Positions 47,826 to 57,028 of a stretch of 64,000 bases of DNA are shown piece after piece (position 1 is the stretch's first letter; each line of letters opens with the position of its first letter). The position numbers and the translations under genes are program-made. Below the pieces are notes generated by a model. The model made no database searches. It saw only the letters and a list, made by a program, of their open reading frames with translations, and was not told where the DNA came from. The stretch is from NCBI GenBank assembly GCA_963832165.1, contig CAWHTE010000004.1, positions 32,001 through 96,000 of the forward strand, in the 5' to 3' direction. Origin of the DNA: an uncultured delta proteobacterium. GTDB taxonomy: Bacteria; Myxococcota_A; UBA9160; SMWR01.

Positions 47826-49961
47826 TTAGAACTCGAACACGGCGCTGAGACTGAACAGATTTGCGTCGTAGTCTTCGAGACCGTTGTGAAGGAAGACGTC
47901 GTTGTTCGTGCCGAGCAGCGGCAGTCCTTCCACGCTGCTGGTCAGGCGAGTCACACCGAGCTCGTCGAACTGCCAGTTTTCCTGATCGTAGTGCTCGAAG
48001 CGGTACCGGGCCACGAAGCTCACGCGCTCGTCGTAGCGATACCAGAGGCTCGCAGTCGGCGCCCAGAGCAGGTCTTCGACGTCGGGATAGTTCACGGCGT
48101 CGACCGGCGCTCCGGAGGTGTGCGTCTTGCCGTTTCCGCTGTGAACGAAGAACCCGGTCGTGAGGATCAGTCGCTCCGGCAGGATCGCGAACGCGACGTC
48201 GATGCCGCCCGTGTGACCCATGTCCTCGTGGCGGCTCTTCCATTCGAGCGTCCCGCCCGACGACGCGCTGCGCTGGTGCAGCTCGATCCAGTCGTACGTG
48301 TAGGAGAGGGAGATCTCGATCCGCTCGAGCGGGCGATAGGAGGTATCGATCCCGACGTCGAAGCCATCGTCCGAGACCAGCCCGAAGTGATCGTCCCAGT
48401 CCGTGACGTGCAGGTTGCTGCTCAACGTGACGTCGGTGTCCTCACGCGTAAAGAGCTGGGACAGCAGGTGGACGGTGTGGCGCTGATTGTCCGCCTCGTC
48501 GTACTTGCGGATCGGCGGAGTCAACGGCGCCCGGACTACCCCGGGCTCGAGCGCGCGGAACGGAGCCAGCTCGTCGTACTTCTCGCTGTCGCGGATCCGG
48601 TACGAGTAGGCCGTGCGGAAGCGCGCCCAGGGCCCGGCTCGCGTGTCGAGGCGCAGCTCGGGCGTGTACTCGTCCATCTGCCGGACCTCGCGCTCGGGCC
48701 CGCGGTCCCAGCGGTCCCAGGCGAATCCGAGGGTCGCCTTCGCGCCGCTCGTGATGCGGTAGGCGGTCTCGAGAGTCGCGTTCTGCGTCGTGTAGCTCGG
48801 CGCGTACGAGCGCTTGGTCTCGACGGCCAGCGCGGCGTCGCTGTTCGACGTCTCCGTGAACAGGATCTCGTCGCTGTGGTTGTCGTAGTCGCGGAGCCGG
48901 TAGCGGCCGCGCACTTCGAGCTTTGCCAGCGGTCTCGCCGTGAGCATGAGATTCGCGAGGAACGGGCGCACGTCGCCGTCGAGGTCGTTCTGGGGCAGCG
49001 GCCCCGGCGTGAGGACGGGATTCACGGTGAGCGGCACGAAGGTCTCGTTCTGGCGGTTCAGGCCGTAGGCGACCGTGCCCGCGACGTGGAACGGGAAGCT
49101 CGTCGGAATCGCGGTCGAGCTCGTGAGCGCCACGACATGCGAAGAATTGTCGGGGTCCGCAGCGATCGCGCCCAGCGCGGAGCCGCCATCGAACGGCGCC
49201 GGGTTCTGTACCTGGATCGAGCGGAACTCGTTCGAGAACAGGCTCGCGGTGTAGTTCAGCCCGATGCTGAACGCGTCGCCCGAGTAGGAGAGGTCCGCGG
49301 TGCCCTCGTGGATCGTGTCGTCCACGGGCTGGGGGATGTGCACGAAGTTGCTGAACCCGTAGAAGAGCGTCTCCGGCCGGCGGCCGTCGCGATCGATCGC
49401 TCGGTAGGCAGCCCGGATCTGCGAGCCAGCGCTCGGCTCGAAGGAGGCACCCACGATCGCCGTGTTGGTGTCGAAGCCGAGCTTCGCGTCGCGGGCCGCG
49501 CCGGTCACGGACGACTCGAAGGTCGCGGCGTCGATCGGCGGTGCGAAGGGAAGGGTCAGCTCACCGCCCGGTACCCCGATGTACGGCGAGAGAGCGCCGT
49601 TGCTGAAGTTGTGCGGGAGCTGCGAGTACGAGCCGAACAGATTCCAGCGCCCCCAGCGTCCTCCCTCGAGGAAGTAGTCGGCGTCGTCCTCGCCGAAATC
49701 GAAGCCACCGAGGCGCAGGTAGTGGCGGCGATCGGGATCCTCGAGAAGCAGGCTGCCGGCGCCGAACAGACCTTCGTGGGGATCGCGGTACTCCTCGAAC
49801 TTCGCCGAGTGCTCCTCGCTGACCAGGCGCCCGCCGCCCTCGACCCAGCCCGACAGGTGGATGGGACCGGCGTCGACGTCCGCACGCGCGGTCGCCGGCG
49901 CGGTCGAGATCCAGCACGCGAGAGCCATGAGCGTTCGAATGCGTCGGTGCAACGGCGTCAC
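47826..49961 (-). CDS. MtrB/PioB family outer-membrane porin
   Basis: SAKFEEYRD, PVD..(T), PDN; C-terminal aromatic residue (FEF); coupled to the decaheme gene. Confidence 0.85.
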   Translation of the reverse strand: MTPLHRRIRTLMALACWISTAPATARADVDAGPIHLSGWVEGGGRLVSEEHSAKFEEYRDPHEGLFGAGSLLLEDPDRRHYLRLGGFDFGEDDADYFLEGGRWGRWNLFGSYSQLPHNFSNGALSPYIGVPGGELTLPFAPPIDAATFESSVTGAARDAKLGFDTNTAIVGASFEPSAGSQIRAAYRAIDRDGRRPETLFYGFSNFVHIPQPVDDTIHEGTADLSYSGDAFSIGLNYTASLFSNEFRSIQVQNPAPFDGGSALGAIAADPDNSSHVVALTSSTAIPTSFPFHVAGTVAYGLNRQNETFVPLTVNPVLTPGPLPQNDLDGDVRPFLANLMLTARPLAKLEVRGRYRLRDYDNHSDEILFTETSNSDAALAVETKRSYAPSYTTQNATLETAYRITSGAKATLGFAWDRWDRGPEREVRQMDEYTPELRLDTRAGPWARFRTAYSYRIRDSEKYDELAPFRALEPGVVRAPLTPPIRKYDEADNQRHTVHLLSQLFTREDTDVTLSSNLHVTDWDDHFGLVSDDGFDVGIDTSYRPLERIEISLSYTYDWIELHQRSASSGGTLEWKSRHEDMGHTGGIDVAFAILPERLILTTGFFVHSGNGKTHTSGAPVDAVNYPDVEDLLWAPTASLWYRYDERVSFVARYRFEHYDQENWQFDELGVTRLTSSVEGLPLLGTNNDVFLHNGLEDYDANLFSLSAVFEF

Positions 49962-50938
49962 CGGGTGAGTGCGAAGCCCGACGGGTGGTTGGAGCCGTGG
50001 ACCTGCGTGTGGCACTGGAGACAAGACGATCCGACCGCGAAGCGATCGGTCGGGTTGCGCGCGCTCGTCGCATGCCCGGTCGAGACGTGACAGGTCTGGC
50101 ACAGCCGGGGCACGTTCATCTTGAGCATTGCTCGCCGCGTGCTGCCGTGGGGATCGTGACAGTTGAGACAGTTCTCGGGGACCGGTGAATGCTCCCAGAG
50201 GAACGGACCGCGCTTCTCGGCGTGACAGGAGAGGCACTGGTCGTTTGCCGAGATGTTCCGGATCAGGCTCTCGGTCACCGTTCCGTGCGGCTGGTGACAG
50301 GAGGTGCAACGCATCTTGCCTTCGCTGGCCGTGCTCGCCTCGAAGGCGCCCGGCCGCAGCGGCATGTGGGCGTTGCTGAAGATGCGCGAGTACTGCAGCT
50401 GGTGGCAGCCCGCACAGGTCTCGACCTCGGTCCGTGCCGAGAGCAGATCGTCGTGCGAGACGCTCTCCATGAGCGTGTGGCAGGTCGTGCAGGCGACTTC
50501 GCTCGACTCGTGCGCGCTGCCGCGCCAGTAGCTCCGCTCGCCTCCCTTGTGACACGAGAGGCACGCCCCGTTGATCCGCGACACGGCATCGGGTGTGTCC
50601 TGCTCGAAGGGCACGAAGTCGCCGACGCCCTTGCCCCCGCCGGCTTCCACGTGCGCGCCGCCCGGGCCGTGGCACGACTCGCAGCCGTGGCCGGCGACCT
50701 CGCCGCGCGCGTTCGCCTCGCTCAGCACGCGCGAGTGCACGGTGTGGCCGTACTTCGCCGTGAAGCCGGGCTTCAGCCCTTCGTGACACGCGAGACAGGT
50801 GGCGTCGCCGACGTAGACCGGAGCCGGGGATGTTTCGGAAGACTCACCCGCGACCGGCTCGACCGGCGGCGCGTGGCAGGCAACCGCCAGCGCGATCCCG
50901 ACTGCCAGGAGCCACCCGAACGCGGCGTAGGTTCGCAT
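49958..50938 (-). CDS. DmsE/MtrA family decaheme cytochrome c
   Basis: Ten CxxCH counted; CESCHGPG..H, KRGPFLWEH.PV, VHGSNHPSG; AVAC lipobox-like. Confidence 0.93.
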   Translation of the reverse strand: MRTYAAFGWLLAVGIALAVACHAPPVEPVAGESSETSPAPVYVGDATCLACHEGLKPGFTAKYGHTVHSRVLSEANARGEVAGHGCESCHGPGGAHVEAGGGKGVGDFVPFEQDTPDAVSRINGACLSCHKGGERSYWRGSAHESSEVACTTCHTLMESVSHDDLLSARTEVETCAGCHQLQYSRIFSNAHMPLRPGAFEASTASEGKMRCTSCHQPHGTVTESLIRNISANDQCLSCHAEKRGPFLWEHSPVPENCLNCHDPHGSTRRAMLKMNVPRLCQTCHVSTGHATSARNPTDRFAVGSSCLQCHTQVHGSNHPSGFALTR

Positions 50939-50943
50939 GGGCC

Positions 50944-51120
50944 TCACTTGGCGGACCTCGCGGCCGCGACCCGCGCGGCGAGATACACCAGCATTCCCGC
51001 GCCCACACAGGGCGTTCCGAAGAAGATCGCCCGCGTCGCGGTCACACCGTTCGGGTCCAACACGACGTGCCCGACCGGAATCATCCCGATCAGGATCAGC
51101 GCACCGGCCAGGCGGATCAT
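50944..51120 (-). CDS. Small two-TM membrane protein (58 aa)
   Basis: ATGA overlap with the upstream stop; MIRLAGALILIGMIP...GAGMLVYLAAR; fills the operon gap. Confidence 0.6.
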   Translation of the reverse strand: MIRLAGALILIGMIPVGHVVLDPNGVTATRAIFFGTPCVGAGMLVYLAARVAAARSAK

Positions 51121-51755
51121 GGCTTCGCCCCCGAGCCATTCAACGCCTCCGGAGGGTGCGCGCTCGGGTGACACGCTCCGGTGCAGGACAGCTCTCGCGA
51201 GGCGAGCAGCTTCTGCGTGTCCGGGTCGGTGTGGAGGGACACCGCCTGGAACTTCGGCGCATGGCGATGGCAGTCGAGGCACGCGTCGATGTCGAACGGG
51301 CGGTTCATCGCGAGCGGATACTCGTAGCTGCCGCGGAGCTCGTGCCACATGTGGCCGATCCCGGCTCGCTTCGCCTGAAATCCGCCGAGAATTCCGTAGC
51401 CGGCGTGGCACGTGTAGCACGCGGTGTCGCCCTTGATGGCGCCGGATTGATAGTGGTTCGAGGCGAGTGAGCCATTGGCCTCGATCACGCTTGCCACGAC
51501 TGGAGCCATCGGCTCGTGACACGAGCCGCAGAACGACATCTCCTGCGAGCGACTCACGGTCTCGAGGTTCGAGAGCAGGAGAGCGACGCCCGGCACGACG
51601 ACGAGACCGGCCAGTCCCAGCTCCGGCGACACGTAGCCGCGGATCAGCGCATAGGCAGCGAGGCCGGCCGCGGCTGTCACCGCGATGAACGCCACGATCC
51701 ACAGCAGGTGGACCTGCGGCTGGTCCATGAACAGCGGACCCAGGTCCGCTTCCAT
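51117..51755 (-). CDS. NapC/NirT-family membrane-anchored multiheme cytochrome c
   Basis: Two N-terminal TMs; FCGSCHEPM, CYTCH, CLDCH plus atypical CTGACH; start uncertain (51755 or 51761). Confidence 0.8.
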   Translation of the reverse strand: MEADLGPLFMDQPQVHLLWIVAFIAVTAAAGLAAYALIRGYVSPELGLAGLVVVPGVALLLSNLETVSRSQEMSFCGSCHEPMAPVVASVIEANGSLASNHYQSGAIKGDTACYTCHAGYGILGGFQAKRAGIGHMWHELRGSYEYPLAMNRPFDIDACLDCHRHAPKFQAVSLHTDPDTQKLLASRELSCTGACHPSAHPPEALNGSGAKP

Positions 51756-51918
51756 CGGCATCCCCCGTTGTCGGCTCATGTTCTCACGACGGATCCGACG
51801 TTCGCAAGAGCGATGCGCGCAACGCCTCCGCGCCAGGAAGGGAATGCGGGCCGGTATGCTCGTGTTGGCGCACCCGGTCGGCGAGGCGATCGGGCGCTCG
51901 CAACAGGGAACACGCCGC

Positions 51919-52473
51919 ATGAAGCAATGCCCGTTCTGCGCCGAGTCCATCCAGGATGACGCGATCAAGTGCCGCTATTGCGGAGAGTTCTTGACGGGTG
52001 GACCGCCCGCGATGCAAGCCGCGATGCGCGCGGCGGGCATGCCGGCGAACGTGCGCTTCGGCTGGGGCTACGAGTACAAGTCCCGCATCACGGTTCTCGG
52101 CCTGCCGCTCGTCCACATCGCGAGCGGTGTGGACGAGCAGACCGGTCGCCCGCGCATCGCGTGCGGGATCCTTGCCATGGGCAACATGGCCGTCGGCCTG
52201 ATTGCCGTGGGAGGGATGGCCGCGGGCGGCCTGACCTTCGGCGGCGTGAGCCTCGGGCTGCTCTGCATCGGAGGCGTCGCGGTCGGCGGCATCGCGCTGG
52301 GCGGCCTGGCGATCGGAGCGCTGTTCGCGGTGGGCGGCATGGCCATCTCGCTCTCGTATGCGGTCGGTGGCGGCGCGCTAGCTCCCTGCGCCTTCGGCGG
52401 CTCGGGCGGCGATCCCTCCTGTTTCGCACCGTTACTGGAGAAGCTCGGCCGGCTCGGGATCCAGATGCGCTGA
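51919..52473 (+). CDS. Zinc-ribbon plus Gly-rich membrane protein
   Basis: CPFCAE.I...A.KCRYCGE; YEYKS....GLPLVHI; repeated G..A.G units. Confidence 0.8.
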   Translation: MKQCPFCAESIQDDAIKCRYCGEFLTGGPPAMQAAMRAAGMPANVRFGWGYEYKSRITVLGLPLVHIASGVDEQTGRPRIACGILAMGNMAVGLIAVGGMAAGGLTFGGVSLGLLCIGGVAVGGIALGGLAIGALFAVGGMAISLSYAVGGGALAPCAFGGSGGDPSCFAPLLEKLGRLGIQMR

Positions 52474-52520
52474 GGATCCGGGTCGCTACATTGCGGCGGC
52501 AAGCGGCCCCCGCCGCACCG

Positions 52521-52558
52521 CAAGTTTCGCGCAGCGAGCCGAAGGCGAGCGAAGACCA
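52521..52558 (+). repeat. 38-bp hairpin repeat copy upstream of nuoI
   Basis: caagtttcgcgcagcgagccgaaggcgagcgaagacca (consensus); a further right-half-like agccgagcggagtcaat follows at ~52571. Confidence 0.9.
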
Positions 52559-52592
52559 GCGGGGGGGCGGAGCCGAGCGGAGTCAATAGGAC

Positions 52593-53165
52593 GTGCCGGG
52601 CAGGGTCATCGTGGTGAAGCGCGCCGAGAAGCTCGGCCTGCTCGAGCGCCTCTACGTGCCGATGATCCTCAAGGGCCTCGCCGTCACGGCCGGCCACTTC
52701 TTCCGCAACCTGCGCGGGTTCGTCTCCGGCAAGAACCGCACCGACTTCGTCGTCCAGTACCCCGAAGAGCTCGTCGACTATCCCGATGCGTTCCGCGGCA
52801 TGCCCGTGCTCGTACAGCTCGACAACGGCCAGCCCAAGTGCGTCGCGTGCGGCCTGTGCGAGTTCGCTTGCCCGACCGACTGCATCAGCATCGTCCCGGG
52901 CGAGCTCGAGGGCTCGCGCATCGAGCGCTACCCCGAGGCGTTCGACATCGACATGTCGCGCTGCATGTTCTGCGGCCTCTGCGAAGAGGCGTGCCCCGAA
53001 GAGGCGATCGTGATGAGCCGCGAAGTCGAGCTCGCGACCTACGATCGCGGCTCGATGCTCTACGACAAAGAGCGCCTGCTCGTGCCCGATGCGCTGCTCG
53101 AGCGCCGGCTCGGCTTCCTGCGCGGGGAGTACGACCGCGAGCACGCGCAGGAGAAGCACCGCTGA
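52593..53165 (+). CDS. nuoI: NADH-quinone oxidoreductase subunit I
   Basis: QYPEE, FRG, CVACGLCEFACP and CMFCGLCEEACP. Confidence 0.92.
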   Translation: MPGRVIVVKRAEKLGLLERLYVPMILKGLAVTAGHFFRNLRGFVSGKNRTDFVVQYPEELVDYPDAFRGMPVLVQLDNGQPKCVACGLCEFACPTDCISIVPGELEGSRIERYPEAFDIDMSRCMFCGLCEEACPEEAIVMSREVELATYDRGSMLYDKERLLVPDALLERRLGFLRGEYDREHAQEKHR

Positions 53166-53695
53166 TGGAGGATCACGGGCAGGTTTCGCGCAGCGAGCCG
53201 AAGGCGAGCGAAGACCATGGGGATACGGTCCTGCGGCGCCTGATCGCCGCGATGCCCGAGGCGGTGACGTCGACACACGCGCATCTCGGCGATGCGACCG
53301 CGGTGGTCGCCGCATCCCGACTGATGGAGGTGATGCGCTACCTGCGCGACGACCGCGAGCTCGCGTTCGAGATGCTGATGGACGTCTGCGCGGTGGACTA
53401 TCTGCCGCGCGTACCGCGCTTCGAGGTGGTCTATCACCTCTACTCGATCGTGAAGAACCACCGACTCCGCGTGAAGGTGCTCGTGGACGGGAAGACGCCC
53501 AGCGTGCCCAGCGTGGTCAAGCTCTGGCTGTCGGCGAACTGGATGGAGCGCGAGGTGTTCGACCTCTACGGGATCCGTTTCGAAGGCCATCCCGACCTGC
53601 GGCGGATTCTGTTGTACGAGGAGTTCGAAGGCCATCCGCTGCGCAAGGACTATCCGAAGGAGCGCCGCCAGCCGCTCGTGGGTCCGAGGAACTGA
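53165..53695 (+). CDS. nuoC: NADH-quinone oxidoreductase subunit C with repeat-derived N-terminal insert
   Basis: VDY, RFEVVYHL.S, ANW.ERE..D..G..F.GHPDLRRIL, GHPLRKDYP; TGATG coupling to nuoI. Confidence 0.92.
   Translation: MEDHGQVSRSEPKASEDHGDTVLRRLIAAMPEAVTSTHAHLGDATAVVAASRLMEVMRYLRDDRELAFEMLMDVCAVDYLPRVPRFEVVYHLYSIVKNHRLRVKVLVDGKTPSVPSVVKLWLSANWMEREVFDLYGIRFEGHPDLRRILLYEEFEGHPLRKDYPKERRQPLVGPRN
53180..53217 (+). repeat. 38-bp hairpin repeat copy in the nuoC 5' end
   Basis: caggtttcgcgcagcgagccgaaggcgagcgaagacca, read as QVSRSEPKASEDH. Confidence 0.9.
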
Positions 53696-54933
53696 TGGCG
53701 CAGCCCTACTTCCCGACTCCGCCGCACAAGGACGAAGGCGACTTCGAGCGCGATCTCCATACCGAGCACCAGCTGCTCAACATGGGGCCGTCGCACCCGG
53801 CGACGCACGGAACCGTGAAGTTCCTCGTCGAGCTCGACGGCGAGAACATCGTCAACATCGACATCCAGGTCGGCTACCTGCACCGCGGCTTCGAGAAGGA
53901 GTGCGAGGCGGGAACCTGGTACCAGGCGATCCCGTACACCGACCGCCTCAACTACAACTCGGCGGTCCTCGCGAACCTGGGCTTCTGCATGGCCGTGGAG
54001 AAGCTGCTCGGGATCGAGACGCCCGAGCGCTGTCAGTGGCTGCGGGTGATGTCGGGCGAGATCAGTCGGATCGGCGATCACCTCACCCGCTGCGGTGCGG
54101 CCTGCCTCGAGCTCGCCGCGATGACGCCGTTCCTGTACGGCATCGAGGCGCGCGAGCTCACCTGGGACCACCTCGAGATGCTGTGCGGCGCGCGCGTCAC
54201 GAGCAACTACATCCGGATCGGTGGCGTGAAGCACGGCATGACGCCCGGCTTCCCCACGAGCTGCCGAGCCTACATCGCGAAGACGCGCGAGCTGCTGCGC
54301 GACTTCGACGACGTGGTCACGAGCAACCGCATCTTCGTCGACCGTCTGAAGGGCACCGGCGTCATCGATCGCGAGACGTGCATCCGCTACGGCGTCACGG
54401 GTCCGATCCTGCGCTCGACGGGCGAGCCGCTCGATCTGCGCAAGCAGCAGCCCTATCTCGTCTACGACCAGATCGACTTCGATGTACCCGTCGGCACTAC
54501 GGGCGACAACTACGATCGCTACCTCGTGTGCGTCGAGGAGATGCACCAGTCCCTTCGAATCGTGGAGCAGTGCCTCGTCAAGCTCGAGCAGCTCGGCCCG
54601 GGCCCCGTGAACGTGTTCGATCCGCGCGTGCGCTGGCCCGCGAAGGGGCGCGTGTTCAACCACATGGAAGAGCTGATCCAGCAGTTCAAGTCGGTCACCG
54701 AGGGGCCGCGCGTGCCTGCGGGCGAGGGCTACTTCGCGATCGAATCCGCCAACGGCGAGCTCGGCTTCTACCTGGTCTCCGACGGCAGCGCAGTGCCCGT
54801 GAAGGTGCGCTGCCGCCCGCCCAGCTTCATCAACCTCGCGCCGATGTCCGAGATGCTCAAGGGAGCAATGCTCGCCGACCTGATCCCGACTTTCGACTTC
54901 ATCAACATGATCGGCGGAGAGTGCGACCGGTGA
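53695..54933 (+). CDS. nuoD: NADH-quinone oxidoreductase subunit D
   Basis: NMGPSHPATHG, GYLHRG.EK, YTDRLNY, GELG.Y, GECDR; no NiFe CxxC motifs. Confidence 0.95.
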   Translation: MAQPYFPTPPHKDEGDFERDLHTEHQLLNMGPSHPATHGTVKFLVELDGENIVNIDIQVGYLHRGFEKECEAGTWYQAIPYTDRLNYNSAVLANLGFCMAVEKLLGIETPERCQWLRVMSGEISRIGDHLTRCGAACLELAAMTPFLYGIEARELTWDHLEMLCGARVTSNYIRIGGVKHGMTPGFPTSCRAYIAKTRELLRDFDDVVTSNRIFVDRLKGTGVIDRETCIRYGVTGPILRSTGEPLDLRKQQPYLVYDQIDFDVPVGTTGDNYDRYLVCVEEMHQSLRIVEQCLVKLEQLGPGPVNVFDPRVRWPAKGRVFNHMEELIQQFKSVTEGPRVPAGEGYFAIESANGELGFYLVSDGSAVPVKVRCRPPSFINLAPMSEMLKGAMLADLIPTFDFINMIGGECDR

Positions 54934-55157
54934 GCAGCCGCGATCGGGTCTGGAAGAAGCTCGGCGCACCGACCGACCAGGTCGGCAGCGTGAACGATCC
55001 GCGCACGCGCGTGGACTTCGGGCACAAGTGGAACGAGAAGTGGGTCTACCTGGACGAGGACGGCTCCCGGGTAGACAAGGTCGTGCTGTGGCTGCGCTAC
55101 GACCTGGTGGGCGCGTTTGCGGCCGACGGATCCCCGATCGCCGTCGGCGAAGACTGA
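54930..55157 (+). CDS. Small hypothetical protein coupled to nuoD
   Basis: GTGA overlap; 75 aa with LGAP and EKWVY; typical codon usage. Confidence 0.65.
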   Translation: MSSRDRVWKKLGAPTDQVGSVNDPRTRVDFGHKWNEKWVYLDEDGSRVDKVVLWLRYDLVGAFAADGSPIAVGED

Positions 55158-55677
55158 CACGGCGGGTCCGGCGCAAGTCTCGCGCAGCGACGCGAAGCCG
55201 AGCGAAGGCCATCGTGCGGGCGGACCGCCGCCGCTGCGCCCGTTCGGGCTCGTGCTGCATCACGACGGCAGCTGGACGCACGAGGGGCACCCGATCCGGC
55301 ACGCGAAGCTGCGCGAGCACTTCGACCGCAGCGTGGTGTACCTGCCCGCGGAGCAGAAGTACGTCGTGACGCTGCGCCACTTCCGCGGCGAGATCACCGT
55401 GGAGGAGGCGGCCTTCTTCGTGCGCGCGTTCGAGCCCGGGACGGCGCGCATCGCGCTCTCCGATCGCAGCGAGGAGACGCTCGATCCCACCACGCTCGCG
55501 ACGTCGCCGATCGACGGTGCGCTCTTGTGCCGCGTGAAGCGCGCGCTCGCGTTCGAGGGACTGCTCGCGCGCTTCACGCACGCGGCTGCGGCCGAGCTGC
55601 TCCACGCGGTGGATGCCGCGCCGTCGGGCATGCGGCTGTGCGTGGCGGGCGTCTGGCACGCGCTGCCCGACCTCTGA
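55117..55677 (+). CDS. DUF1285-like hypothetical protein (start uncertain)
   Basis: DGSW.HEG.PI, I.VEEA.F.V, ARF...A resemble DUF1285. Confidence 0.6.
   Translation: MRPTDPRSPSAKTDTAGPAQVSRSDAKPSEGHRAGGPPPLRPFGLVLHHDGSWTHEGHPIRHAKLREHFDRSVVYLPAEQKYVVTLRHFRGEITVEEAAFFVRAFEPGTARIALSDRSEETLDPTTLATSPIDGALLCRVKRALAFEGLLARFTHAAAAELLHAVDAAPSGMRLCVAGVWHALPDL
55174..55211 (+). repeat. 38-bp hairpin repeat, variant copy
   Basis: caagtctcgcgcagcgacgcgaagccgagcgaaggcca, read as QVSRSDAKPSEGH. Confidence 0.8.
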
Positions 55678-55680
55678 TCG

Positions 55681-56055
55681 TCACACGAGCTGGCGCGTGA
55701 GCTGGACGCCCACGACGACGGCTCCCACACCCGCCACGAGGCTGGCCGACGCGTTCGCGAGCGCGAGCCCTGCGTGGCCGTCCTCGACGAGCGCCCAGGT
55801 TTCGAGTCCGAACGTGGAGAAGGTGGTGAAGCCGCCGAGCACGCCCGTGATGAGCGCGAGCCGCGCGGCGGGCGTGATCCACGCATGCTCGTCCGCGAGC
55901 GTGGCGAGCACGCCGATCAGGAAGCAGCCGGAGACGTTCACCGCGAACGTGCCCCACGGAAAACCCGGCCCCGTGCGCGCCTCGATCCAGAGGCCGACCG
56001 CGTAGCGCAGCATCGAGCCCAGGCCGCCACCCGCGAACAGGAGCCACCACTTCAT
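55681..56055 (-). CDS. crcB: Fluoride channel Fluc/CrcB
   Basis: GG.LG...RY, FPWGT..VN..G, G..GGFTTFSTF. Confidence 0.95.
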   Translation of the reverse strand: MKWWLLFAGGGLGSMLRYAVGLWIEARTGPGFPWGTFAVNVSGCFLIGVLATLADEHAWITPAARLALITGVLGGFTTFSTFGLETWALVEDGHAGLALANASASLVAGVGAVVVGVQLTRQLV

Positions 56056-56084
56056 CGCGCGGAGACGCTACCGTCTCCGGCTCC

Positions 56085-56158
56085 GGCGGCGTAGCCAAGT
56101 GGTAAGGCAAGGGTCTGCAAAACCCTCATCCCCGGTTCAAATCCGGGCGCCGCCTCCA
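56085..56158 (+). tRNA. tRNA-Cys(GCA)
   Basis: GGCGGCG acceptor stem, GCA anticodon, GGTTCAAATCC, CCA end. Confidence 0.95.
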
Positions 56159-56165
56159 ACCGCAC

Positions 56166-56981
56166 TCAACCGTGCGCGAGCTGCGTCGGATGCGCGAGCG
56201 CAGCGCCCTCGCGCGGCGCGTTCGGGTCGAGGCGCCGGCCGTTCGGATCGAAGATCGCGAACTTCGCGAGCCCGTGGCGCTGCGCGAACACCTGCAGCGA
56301 GGTCCAGAGCACGCCGAATCCGTAGCGCACCGAGCGCGAGAAGTTGATCGAGGACGCCTCCTCGAAGTAGGCGGCCGGGCAGCTCACCTCGCCGATCTCG
56401 AATCCCGCCACGAGGATCTGCGCGAGCATCTGGTTGTCGAATACGAAGTCGTCGGAGTTCTCGAGCAGCGCGAGCGATTCGAGCACTTCTCGAGTGAACG
56501 CGCGGTAGCCGGTGTGATACTCGGACAGCTTCGCGCCGCACAGGAGGTTCTGCACCGCAGTGAGGGCGCGGTTCGCGACGTACTTGTACCGCGGCATCCC
56601 CCCGGCGAGCGCGCGTCCGCCGAGCACGCGCGAGCCGAGCACGACGTCGAACGGCCCGTCGCAGACCAGCCCGATCATCGCGGGCAGGAGCTTCGGGGTG
56701 TACTGGTAGTCGGGGTGCAGCATCACCGCGACGTCGGCCCCGAGCCGGAGCGCCTCGGTGTAGCAGGTCTTCTGGTTGCCACCGTAGCCGCGGTTCTGCC
56801 CGTGCACGAGCGTGTGCAGGCCGAGGCGTTTTGCCACCTCGACGGTCTCGTCGCCGCTCGCGTCGTCGGTGACCACCACGGCATCGACCAGATCCATCGG
56901 AATTTCGCGATAGGTCTGCTCGATCGTGCGTGCGGCGTTGTACGCCGGCATCACGACGACGATTTTCTTGCCGTGGAACAC
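56166..56981 (-). CDS. Glycosyltransferase family 2
   Basis: VVMPAYNA, DDAS.D, NRGYGGNQK, HPDYQY, EYHTGYRA. Confidence 0.9.
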   Translation of the reverse strand: MFHGKKIVVVMPAYNAARTIEQTYREIPMDLVDAVVVTDDASGDETVEVAKRLGLHTLVHGQNRGYGGNQKTCYTEALRLGADVAVMLHPDYQYTPKLLPAMIGLVCDGPFDVVLGSRVLGGRALAGGMPRYKYVANRALTAVQNLLCGAKLSEYHTGYRAFTREVLESLALLENSDDFVFDNQMLAQILVAGFEIGEVSCPAAYFEEASSINFSRSVRYGFGVLWTSLQVFAQRHGLAKFAIFDPNGRRLDPNAPREGAALAHPTQLAHG

Positions 56982-57028
56982 GCGCGGCTCCCTGGATTCG
57001 AACGCGGTCGAGTATAGACTCAGCGGCA

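Noticed and set aside
52593..54933. Group 4 NiFe hydrogenase
   Set aside because: The large subunit lacks both CxxC Ni-binding motifs and has NuoD signatures.
56056..56084. Fluoride riboswitch upstream of crcB (hairpin GGAGAC-GGTAGC-GTCTCC)
   Set aside because: Only a 6-bp hairpin in a 29-bp gap. The rest of the aptamer would fall inside the CDS and the consensus is not convincingly met. An Infernal search with the fluoride riboswitch model would settle it.
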